This document shows, piece after piece, positions 27,740-37,406 of a stretch of DNA of 64,000 nt. The stretch is from Bacteroidales bacterium (lineage in GTDB: Bacteria; Bacteroidota; Bacteroidia; Bacteroidales; WCHB1-69), in assembly GCA_024686335.1 (NCBI GenBank), contig JAILCI010000040.1, positions 6,585 through 70,584 of the forward strand. The letters are read 5' to 3'. Position numbers and translations under genes: made by a program. The notes under the pieces were generated by a model. The model was given only the letters and a program-made list of their open reading frames with translations, ran no database searches and was not told where the DNA came from. How positions within the stretch are numbered: position 1 is the first letter of the stretch; the number at the start of each line of letters is the position of its first letter.

Positions 27740-28522
27740 TTATTGTAAATCAGCATTCAAAGAATCCTTACCTATGATAAAATCTGACATCATTCGATAA
27801 ATCTCTCGCCAGCGTTCATCGGGAAGAGCCTCCAAGTGTTTGCGCATCACAGCCAGGTCTCCGCGTCGCGCAGGACCTGTTTGAGCCTCCTTTGGGGATA
27901 GTTCATAGAGCTTGTGGACAGTCTGCTCCATGAGGGGCAAGATAAGTTCTATGTCCAAATCATGCTGACGCAGTATATCATCAGCGACCTGACACATAGC
28001 ATTAGAGAAGTTACAGGCAAAAACAGAAGCCAGATGAGCATAGAAGCGTTGTCCACTATCCATTGGACGCACGATATCAGAAAGCTCGGATGCTAACTTC
28101 ATCAGCATATCAGCCTGATCGTCTGCGGCACCCGTCTCAACACAAAGCGGCACCTTAAGGGCGGACATGTCTGCAGTCTTGGAAAAGGTCTGCAACGGAT
28201 AAAGGACGCCAAAGTAATCCGCATACGGGGCAAAAATCTCTTGCGGGATTGAACCAGCGGTATGCACGGCCAAAGGCATTTTAAATGGTATCTGCGACAA
28301 TACTTTCGGCAGTGCATCATCACTCAATGCGAAAATGAAGATACGGCAGTTCGGATCTAGTTTCGAGAGATCATCCAAAGCCTCAGCACCACAGAGATCC
28401 GCAACTACTTGCGCATGATCCAAGTGTCGACTATAGACCTGTCTCACTGGGAAATCAGAGCTACCACGCAGGCGACCTGCAATCCAGGTGGCCACATTAC
28501 CGGAACCGAGCAGACAGACCAT
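27740..28522 (-). CDS. Rossmann-like / DUF2520 domain protein
   Basis: It has an N-terminal LGSGNVA dinucleotide-binding loop and a C-terminal helical domain. Confidence 0.55.
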   Translation of the reverse strand: MVCLLGSGNVATWIAGRLRGSSDFPVRQVYSRHLDHAQVVADLCGAEALDDLSKLDPNCRIFIFALSDDALPKVLSQIPFKMPLAVHTAGSIPQEIFAPYADYFGVLYPLQTFSKTADMSALKVPLCVETGAADDQADMLMKLASELSDIVRPMDSGQRFYAHLASVFACNFSNAMCQVADDILRQHDLDIELILPLMEQTVHKLYELSPKEAQTGPARRGDLAVMRKHLEALPDERWREIYRMMSDFIIGKDSLNADLQ

Positions 28523-30186
28523 TAGTATTTGAATCTGCTACCTCCGACGAACTCACGCAGGATAGAGGTACCCGGAATGTCCTTTTCAGAGATGGAATGG
28601 AAGAATGAGAGGAACTTCAGCAGACGGCTTGCCTCAGCATATTCGGGGACCGTCTCAGGAACCTCACGAAGAATTGGGATGGCATAGTTTTTAAGGACGC
28701 CCAGCTCGAAGATGAGCGAGGTGTTGATCATCACATCAGCGTTCTCCTGGTAGGGGAAAATATTCTTTTCCTCGCCACGACGTACACTACTCCATCTTCT
28801 CAGTGTGTCTAACGCAGAATATCCACGGTAGTTGTAGTCACGCACAATACGGCGTATCAGTCGGTTATCAGTTGTGGGGATTGGATTCTGACGGTCAATG
28901 GAAATGGAGGTCAGAGCGGAGACAAAAACCTTGAATTTGAGTTCGTCAGGCACCTGCTCCGTCAATTTTGGGTTAAGGCAGTGGATACCCTCCACGACCA
29001 TAATAGAGTTCTCTTCCAACTGGAGCGTCTTGCCAGTCCAGACTTTGCTGCCTTTTGTAAAGTCAAAGGTCGGAATCTCGACGCGCTCGCCAGCGACAAG
29101 TCTCCTCAATGTGTCATTGAATAGAGGAAGATCAATAGCCTCCAGTGCTTCAAAATCCTTCTGGCCATTATCATCCAGTGGAGTTTCGTCACGCTCCACG
29201 AAGAAATCGTCTACAGAGATCTGCACAGGTTTGTAGCCGAGTACTGCCAGCTGGACAGATAGGCGACGACACGTCGTCGTCTTTCCGGAACTGGAAGGAC
29301 CGCATATCAGAACCATCTTGACACCCTTTTTCTGATGAACTCTATCGGCAACCATAGAGATCCACTTTTCCTGGAAAGCCTCGGCAACGAGAATCGTATC
29401 CACAACCTTACCTTCTCGAATCAAGCGGTTCATGTCACTGACGGTAGACACTCCCATATATTCAGACCAACCCTTTGACATCTTATATTGAGCGAACAAT
29501 TTGGGATTGCGATGCGTCTTCGGGATCACCTTGACATTCTTGGCTGAAGGTATTTTCAGAAGAATACCATCCTCATAAAGTTCAAGACCGAAAAGCGTGA
29601 GATAGCCCGTGGAGGGAACCATGAAGCCGTAATAGTAATTGATAGTTTTGTCAAGCCTATATACTGACGTGAAAATCCTGTTTCTCTCTTTGAGCAACTC
29701 GTACTTATCCTCAAGACCAAGATTCTGGAATGCCTCAATAGCATCATCGGTCAGCATCTCAACGCGTTCAAAGGGAATATTTTTCCTGACGATTTGCTTC
29801 ATGTGGTGGAGCATACGGTGTACAAGTTCCTCAGTAAGAGGTTCGTCCATATTCTCCAGTGTACAGAAACGACCTCCGGAAATGGAGTGTTTGATACGCA
29901 GTTTCACCTTCAATGGGAAGAGGTCATGAACCGCTTTACAAAGCAACAAGAATAGTGAGCGAATATAGAATCCTCGGCCATGGGGAGAATAGTAGTCGAA
30001 GAAATCGACAATGGCCGGTTTGTGAATCTGGTAACTCAGATCCCGAACTTTATTATTGACTAATGCACCCAGATACGGCAGTTCCGGCTGCATCTGATGC
30101 TCAATCATAAAATCGTACAGTTTCTGCCCGAACGGAGCGTAAACCAGTGTGTTAGTATTCTTGCAATATATTGGTACAGTATCCAT
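28522..30186 (-). CDS. Nucleoside (uridine/cytidine-type) kinase with an N-terminal extension
   Basis: The P-loop is GPSSSGKTT. A uridine-kinase-like core follows (VDDFF...EGIH). Total length is 554 aa. Confidence 0.65.
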   Translation of the reverse strand: MDTVPIYCKNTNTLVYAPFGQKLYDFMIEHQMQPELPYLGALVNNKVRDLSYQIHKPAIVDFFDYYSPHGRGFYIRSLFLLLCKAVHDLFPLKVKLRIKHSISGGRFCTLENMDEPLTEELVHRMLHHMKQIVRKNIPFERVEMLTDDAIEAFQNLGLEDKYELLKERNRIFTSVYRLDKTINYYYGFMVPSTGYLTLFGLELYEDGILLKIPSAKNVKVIPKTHRNPKLFAQYKMSKGWSEYMGVSTVSDMNRLIREGKVVDTILVAEAFQEKWISMVADRVHQKKGVKMVLICGPSSSGKTTTCRRLSVQLAVLGYKPVQISVDDFFVERDETPLDDNGQKDFEALEAIDLPLFNDTLRRLVAGERVEIPTFDFTKGSKVWTGKTLQLEENSIMVVEGIHCLNPKLTEQVPDELKFKVFVSALTSISIDRQNPIPTTDNRLIRRIVRDYNYRGYSALDTLRRWSSVRRGEEKNIFPYQENADVMINTSLIFELGVLKNYAIPILREVPETVPEYAEASRLLKFLSFFHSISEKDIPGTSILREFVGGSRFKY

Positions 30187-30200
30187 TTTTCAATTATCAA

Positions 30201-31835
30201 TTACATTTTTACTCTTTTGAACATTCTATTCCAACGGACCTTGCCCTTCTCTCCAAAAGATTTGTATTTATCCACAGAGAGCCATACCATAGAGGGATGA
30301 CCTACCACATGATCCTCAGGCACAAAGCCCCAGAAACGGGAATCTGCCGAGTTATGGCGGTTGTCACCCATCATAAAGTAGTAGTCCATCTTGAAAGTAT
30401 ACTGTTTAACCTCTTTGCCATTGATAATTATTTTCCCATCTTTTACTTCCAAAGTATTGCCTTCATATTGACGGATAATCTGCTCATATAGAACAATATT
30501 TTTTGTGTTTAGATTCACTGTCATGCCTTTGGCAGGAACGGTGACAGGACCAAAGAAGTCTTTGTTCCACGGATAATCAGGGGAATGCGGGAAAATGGCA
30601 GGATCATACTGACCGAGAGAGTCTTGATAAACCTCCACATTAAAGCCCATCTTGCGAATCTTATCACATTGCTCTTTATTCAGACGATAAAGAACAGTGT
30701 ATTGATCTACTCTCTGAGCATCTTCCTCATTGATATTCAGCTCCTTGCGTTTCTTTTGAGAGAGCTGCATGCCATTAGGATGGAATACGAAATAGGCGAA
30801 CTGCATACGTTTTGGGTTCTCGGCGGCCTTGCCGTTGATATAGACCTGCTTATCCACAATTTTGAGTTCGTCACCTGCCACGGCGATACAACGTTTCACA
30901 TAGTTCTCGCGTTTATCGACGGGACGGTCGATGACGTGATACTCTTTCCATACGGCCTCGCGTCCTTTGCCCGGATAGTAGGCGCCGGCATATTTGGTCT
31001 GGAAATAATGGATCATATCGGGACTATAGCGGCCCATCACATCACGTTTCTCTTCTACAGAGGCATTGGGGTTAAGCATGGCTTCAAACTCACGGACGAT
31101 AGCATAATAGCTCTCCGCCTTGCGCTCCACGACAACCGTATCCCCATCAGGGTAGTTGAAGACGACCACGTCATTATTTTTGATTGAGCGCAGTGCCTTG
31201 GTACGCATATATGGAAGTTTGATGATTTTACTATAGGAATTGACACTCTGGGTCTTAGGCAAAGTGTTATGGATAAAGGGAATTGCCACAGGGGTATTGG
31301 GTATACGGACACCATAGGAGAGTTTGGAGACGGTCAAGAAATCGCCCACCATCAAGGAACTTTCCATGGATGAAGTCGGAATGGTATAGAGCTCGAACCA
31401 GCAAAGACGAATAATATAAGCGAGAGCGACAGCAAAGATGAGGGCATCGCCCCAGGAACGGGCGCTGCTCTTTTTCCACTCAGGAAGTTTGGCAATGTAC
31501 TCTTCTTTCTTTGAAAAGCCAAGATACGGCAGATAAGCGAAGAAGAACAGCGTGCCGAGAATCAACGCACCATAGCCATTCTTGTTGAAATGATGGATAG
31601 TCTCCCAAACTATGTAGAAGAACATGAAAATATTGAGAAAGGGAACGAGGAATAAGAGCATCCACCACCATTTCTTATGGATAACATCATGTATCCAGAG
31701 CCATACATTATAGAAGGGTATCAAGGATTTCCAAGGAGCCAGTCCTGCTTTACGGAAGATACCCCACAGACCCACATGGGTACAGATTAGGAAGATGATA
31801 CAAATAATGCAAAGGGCTGTTTTTGAGATAAACAT
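30201..31835 (-). CDS. lepB: Signal peptidase I with an N-terminal multi-TM extension
   Basis: The catalytic Ser box is PTSSMESSL, the Lys box is KRCIAVAGD, and GDNRHNSADSRFWGFVP is present. Confidence 0.9.
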   Translation of the reverse strand: MFISKTALCIICIIFLICTHVGLWGIFRKAGLAPWKSLIPFYNVWLWIHDVIHKKWWWMLLFLVPFLNIFMFFYIVWETIHHFNKNGYGALILGTLFFFAYLPYLGFSKKEEYIAKLPEWKKSSARSWGDALIFAVALAYIIRLCWFELYTIPTSSMESSLMVGDFLTVSKLSYGVRIPNTPVAIPFIHNTLPKTQSVNSYSKIIKLPYMRTKALRSIKNNDVVVFNYPDGDTVVVERKAESYYAIVREFEAMLNPNASVEEKRDVMGRYSPDMIHYFQTKYAGAYYPGKGREAVWKEYHVIDRPVDKRENYVKRCIAVAGDELKIVDKQVYINGKAAENPKRMQFAYFVFHPNGMQLSQKKRKELNINEEDAQRVDQYTVLYRLNKEQCDKIRKMGFNVEVYQDSLGQYDPAIFPHSPDYPWNKDFFGPVTVPAKGMTVNLNTKNIVLYEQIIRQYEGNTLEVKDGKIIINGKEVKQYTFKMDYYFMMGDNRHNSADSRFWGFVPEDHVVGHPSMVWLSVDKYKSFGEKGKVRWNRMFKRVKM

Positions 31836-31864
31836 AAGTTTTCTTTTTAGATGATATAATATTG

Positions 31865-32605
31865 TTAATCAAGGGTTTCTGAAAAAGAACAGATAGTCTT
31901 GGGGTGTCGCACGAGCCAGATGGCTGTGCGGATGGCACCGGCAGCGAATCCTTGGCGGCCGTGTGCGTTATGGATTATGGTGATCTCATCTTCGGGTGAG
32001 GACCAGCGTATCTGATGTATACCTGCGACCTCGCCGACGCGATGAGCGACCACCGGAATCTCATTTGGAGCGACTGATTCGCCTTGCGTCAGACGCCACT
32101 CGTCATAGGTAGGATGATTACCGATAATGCCTTGTGCCAAGGTAATAGCTGTGCCGCTGGGCGCATCCTTCTTGGCTGTATGGTGAGTCTCGTCAATCTG
32201 GACTCCATACTGACTATAGCGACTCATTTCAGCGGCCAGCCACTGGTTCATGCGGTTGAAGAGATAGACACCTATGCTGAAGTTCGTTCCGTATACCAGC
32301 GAGGCATCGTTTGCTTTCGCCTTGGCAACGACCTCGTCGAAACGGTCATACCAACCGGTAGTGCCGACCACAATGGGAACGTGGCACTCGAATGCTCGCA
32401 TCATATTAGAGACGGCCACCGATGGCATGGAAAAATCGATAGCGACATCGGCAGTGCGGAAGGAATCCCTCTGTGATGACCACTCCTCCTCATTGTCGAT
32501 GATGGCTACAATCTCATGTCCAGCAGCACGCAGTTGCTGTTCAATTTGATGTCCCATCTTGCCATACCCTAATATTGCGAAACGTATTTCTTTTTTATTC
32601 TTCAT
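31865..32605 (-). CDS. dapB: 4-hydroxy-tetrahydrodipicolinate reductase
   Basis: It carries the signature ETHHTAKKDAPSGTA. Confidence 0.9.
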   Translation of the reverse strand: MKNKKEIRFAILGYGKMGHQIEQQLRAAGHEIVAIIDNEEEWSSQRDSFRTADVAIDFSMPSVAVSNMMRAFECHVPIVVGTTGWYDRFDEVVAKAKANDASLVYGTNFSIGVYLFNRMNQWLAAEMSRYSQYGVQIDETHHTAKKDAPSGTAITLAQGIIGNHPTYDEWRLTQGESVAPNEIPVVAHRVGEVAGIHQIRWSSPEDEITIIHNAHGRQGFAAGAIRTAIWLVRHPKTICSFSETLD

Positions 32606-32617
32606 TACAAGTTCTTT

Positions 32618-33190
32618 TTAAAAGTGAAACTGGAGATTGAGACCAAAGGCATAATTCCGATTGGTATAGTTTTGTAGAAGAGTCGGTTGCCAGTAGAGAC
32701 TTAAATCATCAGACACGTCGAAATAGTACAGATGAGCATCCACCATAGCATCGATAAAATTCAAGACATAGAGGATTGCCGTCACACCGATAGAGATCTC
32801 CAAGTTTCGTCGCTGGTCATTCTTCATTTGAAGAAGGTTTTCGTCTGAATATTCGGCCAAGGATGGATTTTGTAATGTTATCAAGCCATCGCGACGATAG
32901 ATATATTCATTGCGATAGACGTTCATCTTATGGGCAGAGCGCCATACAAAATAGCCGCTAGCGCCTATAGCGCCGTACACAATAGGAAGTTTCCAATACT
33001 TCTTGTTGTAGATTTGCCCTCCGCCAGGAATAATAGAGCAGAGCATAGCTTTCGTGGGCGTATGGCGGACAACTTTGGCAGAATCAGTTTTGGAAACGCG
33101 GGATGTAGTGGTATCGATCAGCTCCTGCCCTTGAAGGGAAAGCATAAACAGGCAGCAGAGAATCGACAATATCCAGCATCGTAGTTTCAT
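32618..33190 (-). CDS. DUF5683 family protein
   Basis: It has a signal peptide and the PGGGQIYNKKYWKLPIVY motif. Its position next to parB is typical in Bacteroidetes. Confidence 0.5.
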   Translation of the reverse strand: MKLRCWILSILCCLFMLSLQGQELIDTTTSRVSKTDSAKVVRHTPTKAMLCSIIPGGGQIYNKKYWKLPIVYGAIGASGYFVWRSAHKMNVYRNEYIYRRDGLITLQNPSLAEYSDENLLQMKNDQRRNLEISIGVTAILYVLNFIDAMVDAHLYYFDVSDDLSLYWQPTLLQNYTNRNYAFGLNLQFHF

Positions 33191-33217
33191 ATCCGAACAA
33201 ACGTGATATACCGTCGA

Positions 33218-34093
33218 TTATTGCAGTAGATCAATAATTTTCTTCAGCTCTTCATCAGAAGAAAATGGAATAGTGATAGAGCCTTTACCCGTGATATCCT
33301 TTTTAATTTTCACCTTTGTCTTCAGTTTCTTACCGAAAGCTGTCTGGAAAGCGCGGACCTCGTCAGAGAGGGTGATCTTAACCTTTGGTTTGGCGGGTTC
33401 CATTTCATTGCGCAGCTTTTTAACGACCGTTTCTGTCTGACGGACAGAAAGTTTCTCATCCACAATCTGCTTGATAACTTTCTGTTGGAGTTTCTCGTCC
33501 TCGAGGGCAACCAGCGGAAGTGCATGTCCCATAGATATCTGGCCGTCGCGCACAGCAATTTGTGCTGGTGTAGAAAGACGTAAGAGTCGCAAATAGTTGG
33601 AGATGGTGCTACGGTCTTTGCCGACCTTATCGCTCAGTTCTTCCTGTTTGAGGTTACACTCCTCAATGAGCATCTGGTAGCTCATAGCGACCTCAATAGG
33701 ATTCAGGTCTGAACGTTGGATATTCTCCACAAGAGCCATCTGAACAGACTGCATATCGTCAACGGTACGAACATAGGCAGGGATCTCGGTAAGACCGGCC
33801 AACTTGGCAGCGCGCAGACGACGTTCACCGGAAATCAGCTGATATCGGCCGCCTTCGATGGGTCTGACAGTCACAGGTTGTATCAAGCCATAAGTCTTGA
33901 TAGACTGTGCCAAGCCTTCCAAAGATTCCTCGTCAAAATGAGTACGTGGCTGGAAGGGGTTAACATCGATGGAGTCTATTTTCAGGTAGCTGCTGCCACC
34001 TGACGGGACGGCTACGGGCTGGTTTTTGGTAATGGTGACATTTCCCAAAATAGCCTCCAAGCCTCTGCCTTTTGGTTTTTCTGTTTTGTTCAT
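33218..34093 (-). CDS. parB: Chromosome partitioning protein ParB
   Basis: The ParB box is LISGERRLRAAKLAGL. An HTH follows (STISNYLRLLRL). Confidence 0.9.
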   Translation of the reverse strand: MNKTEKPKGRGLEAILGNVTITKNQPVAVPSGGSSYLKIDSIDVNPFQPRTHFDEESLEGLAQSIKTYGLIQPVTVRPIEGGRYQLISGERRLRAAKLAGLTEIPAYVRTVDDMQSVQMALVENIQRSDLNPIEVAMSYQMLIEECNLKQEELSDKVGKDRSTISNYLRLLRLSTPAQIAVRDGQISMGHALPLVALEDEKLQQKVIKQIVDEKLSVRQTETVVKKLRNEMEPAKPKVKITLSDEVRAFQTAFGKKLKTKVKIKKDITGKGSITIPFSSDEELKKIIDLLQ

Positions 34094-34103
34094 ACTGATG
34101 GTC

Positions 34104-34877
34104 TTAAATGGTATATCCGTTTTTGTTTAGGAATTCGGTTGCGAGGTTCAGGTAATTCTTGAAGCCCGTGGACTTGACATCATAGAGGACGATAGGTTTG
34201 CCATAACTCGGGGCCTCACTCAGGCGCACGTTACGCGAGATGATGGTATCAAACACAAGGTCTTTGCAATGGAGACGCACGTCATCCACGACGGCATTAG
34301 AAGACTTGATGCGGGCCGTGTACATGGTCAGCAAGATGCCCTCGATAGACAATGACGGGTTCATATTAGTCTGGACGATGCGGATAGTGTTCAACAGTTT
34401 TCCCAGTCCCTCCAAAGCGAAATACTCGCATTGGACAGGAATCAAAACCGAGTCTGCTGCCACCAAGGCATTGAGGGTGATGAGACCCAATGACGGAGCG
34501 CAGTCGATGAAGATGAAGTCGTAATCGTTCTTCAGGTCATAGATTGCGTCCTTCATACGGTATTCGCGGCGCTCGTAGGAGATCATCTCCAGTTCAGCGC
34601 CCACGAGATCCATCGTGGCTGGCAACAGGTGCAGATGTTGTATCTCGGTTGGTTGGATAGCTTCAACCGCCAGTCTATTGTTGACGATACAGTCATAGAT
34701 GGAGATAGTATCCTCGTTGCTCTCGAAGCCGAGACCACTGGAGGCGTTGGCCTGCGGGTCCGCGTCTATCAGGAGCACCTTCATGTCAAGGGCAGCCACG
34801 CATGCAGCCAGATTGACCGCCGTGGTTGTCTTGCCTACTCCACCCTTCTGATTAGCGATGGCGACAATCTTACCCAT
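34104..34877 (-). CDS. parA: Chromosome partitioning ATPase ParA/Soj
   Basis: It has the deviant Walker A NQKGGVGKTTT. Confidence 0.9.
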   Translation of the reverse strand: MGKIVAIANQKGGVGKTTTAVNLAACVAALDMKVLLIDADPQANASSGLGFESNEDTISIYDCIVNNRLAVEAIQPTEIQHLHLLPATMDLVGAELEMISYERREYRMKDAIYDLKNDYDFIFIDCAPSLGLITLNALVAADSVLIPVQCEYFALEGLGKLLNTIRIVQTNMNPSLSIEGILLTMYTARIKSSNAVVDDVRLHCKDLVFDTIISRNVRLSEAPSYGKPIVLYDVKSTGFKNYLNLATEFLNKNGYTI

Positions 34878-35218
34878 TACAGCGTGAAGTCAAGATTGGT
34901 GTAATCCTCGTTCTCATCACGCTCACTGAGTTTCTCCTCAGATTCGAAGTTGTTAACTTCCTCAGGAATCTTGCCAGTGGTGATGAAATCAACCATGCCA
35001 TTCAGAGCATTCTGGAATTTTTCAAAGTCCTCCTTATACAAGAAGACCTTGTGCTTCTCGTAGAAGAAAGTGCCCGTAACATCATTGAACTTACGCTTAC
35101 TTTCCGTAATCGTTAAATACATTTCACCCGTCTTCGTACTCTTCACGTCGAAGAAATACGTTCTTTTACCTGCCTTTACAGCGCGAGATAAAACTTCATT
35201 CTTGTCTTGGTTTTCCAT
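34877..35218 (-). CDS. PUR-alpha-like nucleic-acid-binding protein (DUF3276)
   Basis: The motif KRTYFFDVKSTKTGEMYLTITESKR and a second repeat are present. The stop overlaps the parA start. Confidence 0.6.
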   Translation of the reverse strand: MENQDKNEVLSRAVKAGKRTYFFDVKSTKTGEMYLTITESKRKFNDVTGTFFYEKHKVFLYKEDFEKFQNALNGMVDFITTGKIPEEVNNFESEEKLSERDENEDYTNLDFTL

Positions 35219-35277
35219 TTTTTTGTGTTTTTATTCATCAACTCAATGATGGGGCTCATCATTTTCGTCAAAAATTG

Positions 35278-37209
35278 TTATTTGGACTTTTTCTGTTGTT
35301 GTTTTTGGAGTTGTGCCTGCTGTTTCTGCAGTTCTTCCATCTTCAATTCCCACTTAGATTTTTTCACCGGTTTCTGCATGTTAGCTTTGAGTTGCTGGTG
35401 CAGTTTGTCATCGTTAATAGCCATACGGAATATCCACATCTGCAAGAATGTGAAGATGTTGAAGAGCAGATAGTAGTATGTCAAAGCGGAGGCAAAGCTG
35501 TTGAACATGAAGAAGAACATGAGCGGCATCATGTACATCATAATGTTCATCATACGTTGCTGGTCCTTATTGCCTTGTGTAGGATTCATCAGCTTGTTGT
35601 TCAGCCAAGTATAGACGATGGTTGCCACGGTCATCAAGATTGTAAAGAGACTCAAGTGATCGCCGAGCAGAGGAATATTATGGCCGAAGTTCCAGATAGA
35701 GTCATATGTAGATAAGTCCTCAGCCCATAGGAAGGGTTGTTGACGCAACTCATAGGATGCCGGGAAGAAACGGTACATGGCGATCAAGATAGGCATCTGG
35801 AGCAGCATGGGCAGGCATCCGCCTGCTGGCTTCACGCCCGCGCTTCGATAGAGGGCCATCGTAGCCTGCTGTTTCTTCATCATGTCCTCCTCTTTGGGAT
35901 ATCGAGCATTAATTGCCTCAATCTCAGGCTTCAGCACACGCATCTTGGCAGACGACATATAGGTCTTGTAACTGACTGGGAGCAGAACGATCTTCAGTGC
36001 AATCGTCAGCAAGAGAATAATGATACCATAGCTTATACCATAAACCTCCAACCAGTTGAAGACTGGAATGATGAGGAATCGGTTAATCCAGTGCAAAAGG
36101 AAGAAACCCCAGCCCAGAGGCACCTGACGTTCCAGATTCATCTTATAGCCTTTCAGCAGACGGTATTGGTTCGGGCCCACATACATCGACATGTTGAAAG
36201 AACCTTTGTTGAGGTCCGATATCTGGAAATCGAGATCTGCCTTACAGTATTTCAAGACATCTTTCTCATCTTTTTCAGGATTGGTAGCGGAGAGTGTACC
36301 TGAATCGAAAGACTGGTCACCATCAACAATCAAGGTTGCCGTGAAGAACTGTTGCTTGACAGAAACCCACTTCAGGGGAGATGTAAACTCTTTAGAACCA
36401 CCCTTGCGTTCATCGATATTGTCCACCTCATTGGTATTATCCATGTAGTAGACCGAGGTCAGCATCTTCTCATTCTCGTAGTTTTTCTCTACATTCTTGG
36501 GTTCAGCCTTCCATTCCAATGTGTAGTTATGCTTCGTCGGATAGAGATAGGGCTCCATATTGACAAAACGTATGGAATAGGAGAACATATACTCATCAGG
36601 TGAGAACGTATAGAGATACTCGATGTAGGAATTGACATTCAGAGTCTGACATTGCAGAGAGTCACCTTGATTGTTCGGATAAATACGTAGGGAAAGAGTA
36701 TTATGCTCTTTATCAACCACGAGACTATCGGAATCAAGATCAGAAAGGAAAATACAGTCACGAGTGGCTATTTCCGTCTGATCACGAAGCATCAGCTTGA
36801 TATTAATGTCGTTGGAACCATCTTCAAACATCTCCATCAGGACCTTAGCAGAGTCCTTAGGCGTATAGCGATAGACATCTTTGAGGCATACCTTACGAAG
36901 GCAACCACCTTTTTTGGAAAAATAGTACCAAGCCTTGTTAGTCTCCACCACATAATCGTCCATGTTGGCGAGTTGAGGTGTTGAGAAATGCTGATTGGCC
37001 GGTTCAGCCTCAGCCTGATTGTTCAATGAGTCCTGAGCAGTCAGTGAGAGTGCCTGAGCGATAGAATCCTCCTCCTGTCGAGCCATCTCCTCAAGAGCCT
37101 GTTGCTCTTGTTCCTGCATTACCTTCCTAGCTTTGTTGGACTGATAAAAGCTAAATCCTAAGAACAAGCCAAATATCAGCAACAATCCAATAACCGTATT
37201 TCTATCCAT
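35278..37209 (-). CDS. yidC: Membrane protein insertase YidC
   Basis: The long Bacteroidetes form has a large periplasmic domain and the conserved C-terminal TM core (CLPMLLQMPILIAMYRFF). The start was moved to MDRNTVIG at 37209. Confidence 0.9.
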   Translation of the reverse strand: MDRNTVIGLLLIFGLFLGFSFYQSNKARKVMQEQEQQALEEMARQEEDSIAQALSLTAQDSLNNQAEAEPANQHFSTPQLANMDDYVVETNKAWYYFSKKGGCLRKVCLKDVYRYTPKDSAKVLMEMFEDGSNDINIKLMLRDQTEIATRDCIFLSDLDSDSLVVDKEHNTLSLRIYPNNQGDSLQCQTLNVNSYIEYLYTFSPDEYMFSYSIRFVNMEPYLYPTKHNYTLEWKAEPKNVEKNYENEKMLTSVYYMDNTNEVDNIDERKGGSKEFTSPLKWVSVKQQFFTATLIVDGDQSFDSGTLSATNPEKDEKDVLKYCKADLDFQISDLNKGSFNMSMYVGPNQYRLLKGYKMNLERQVPLGWGFFLLHWINRFLIIPVFNWLEVYGISYGIIILLLTIALKIVLLPVSYKTYMSSAKMRVLKPEIEAINARYPKEEDMMKKQQATMALYRSAGVKPAGGCLPMLLQMPILIAMYRFFPASYELRQQPFLWAEDLSTYDSIWNFGHNIPLLGDHLSLFTILMTVATIVYTWLNNKLMNPTQGNKDQQRMMNIMMYMMPLMFFFMFNSFASALTYYYLLFNIFTFLQMWIFRMAINDDKLHQQLKANMQKPVKKSKWELKMEELQKQQAQLQKQQQKKSK

Positions 37210-37327
37210 ACTAATAAATAAAATTGGCTGCAAAAATACAAAAAAATAACTATATTTAGTATATAAAATCAGCAACTTTCATTTTGACACATATATATCT
37301 CAAAATGAAAAAATTAGAAATACGGAA

Positions 37328-37349
37328 CAAACTGCATCCTCGCAGTTTG
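37328..37349 (-). terminator. Possible terminator hairpin downstream of the histidine kinase gene
   Basis: The hairpin is CAAACTGC-6 nt-GCAGTTTG. CGCAGTTTGAG recurs 35 nt away (37376-37386). The downstream U-tract is weak. Confidence 0.3.
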
Positions 37350-37406
37350 AGCAAAGAAAGAAACCAATTGCGTTCCGCAGTTTGAGAAACTTCGAAAATG
37401 GGTTAT

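Noticed and set aside
33218-34877. parA-parB as evidence for a plasmid or integrative element
   Set aside because: They are embedded in core chromosomal genes (dapB, lepB, DUF5683, DUF3276, yidC). No relaxase, T4SS or integrase genes are present.
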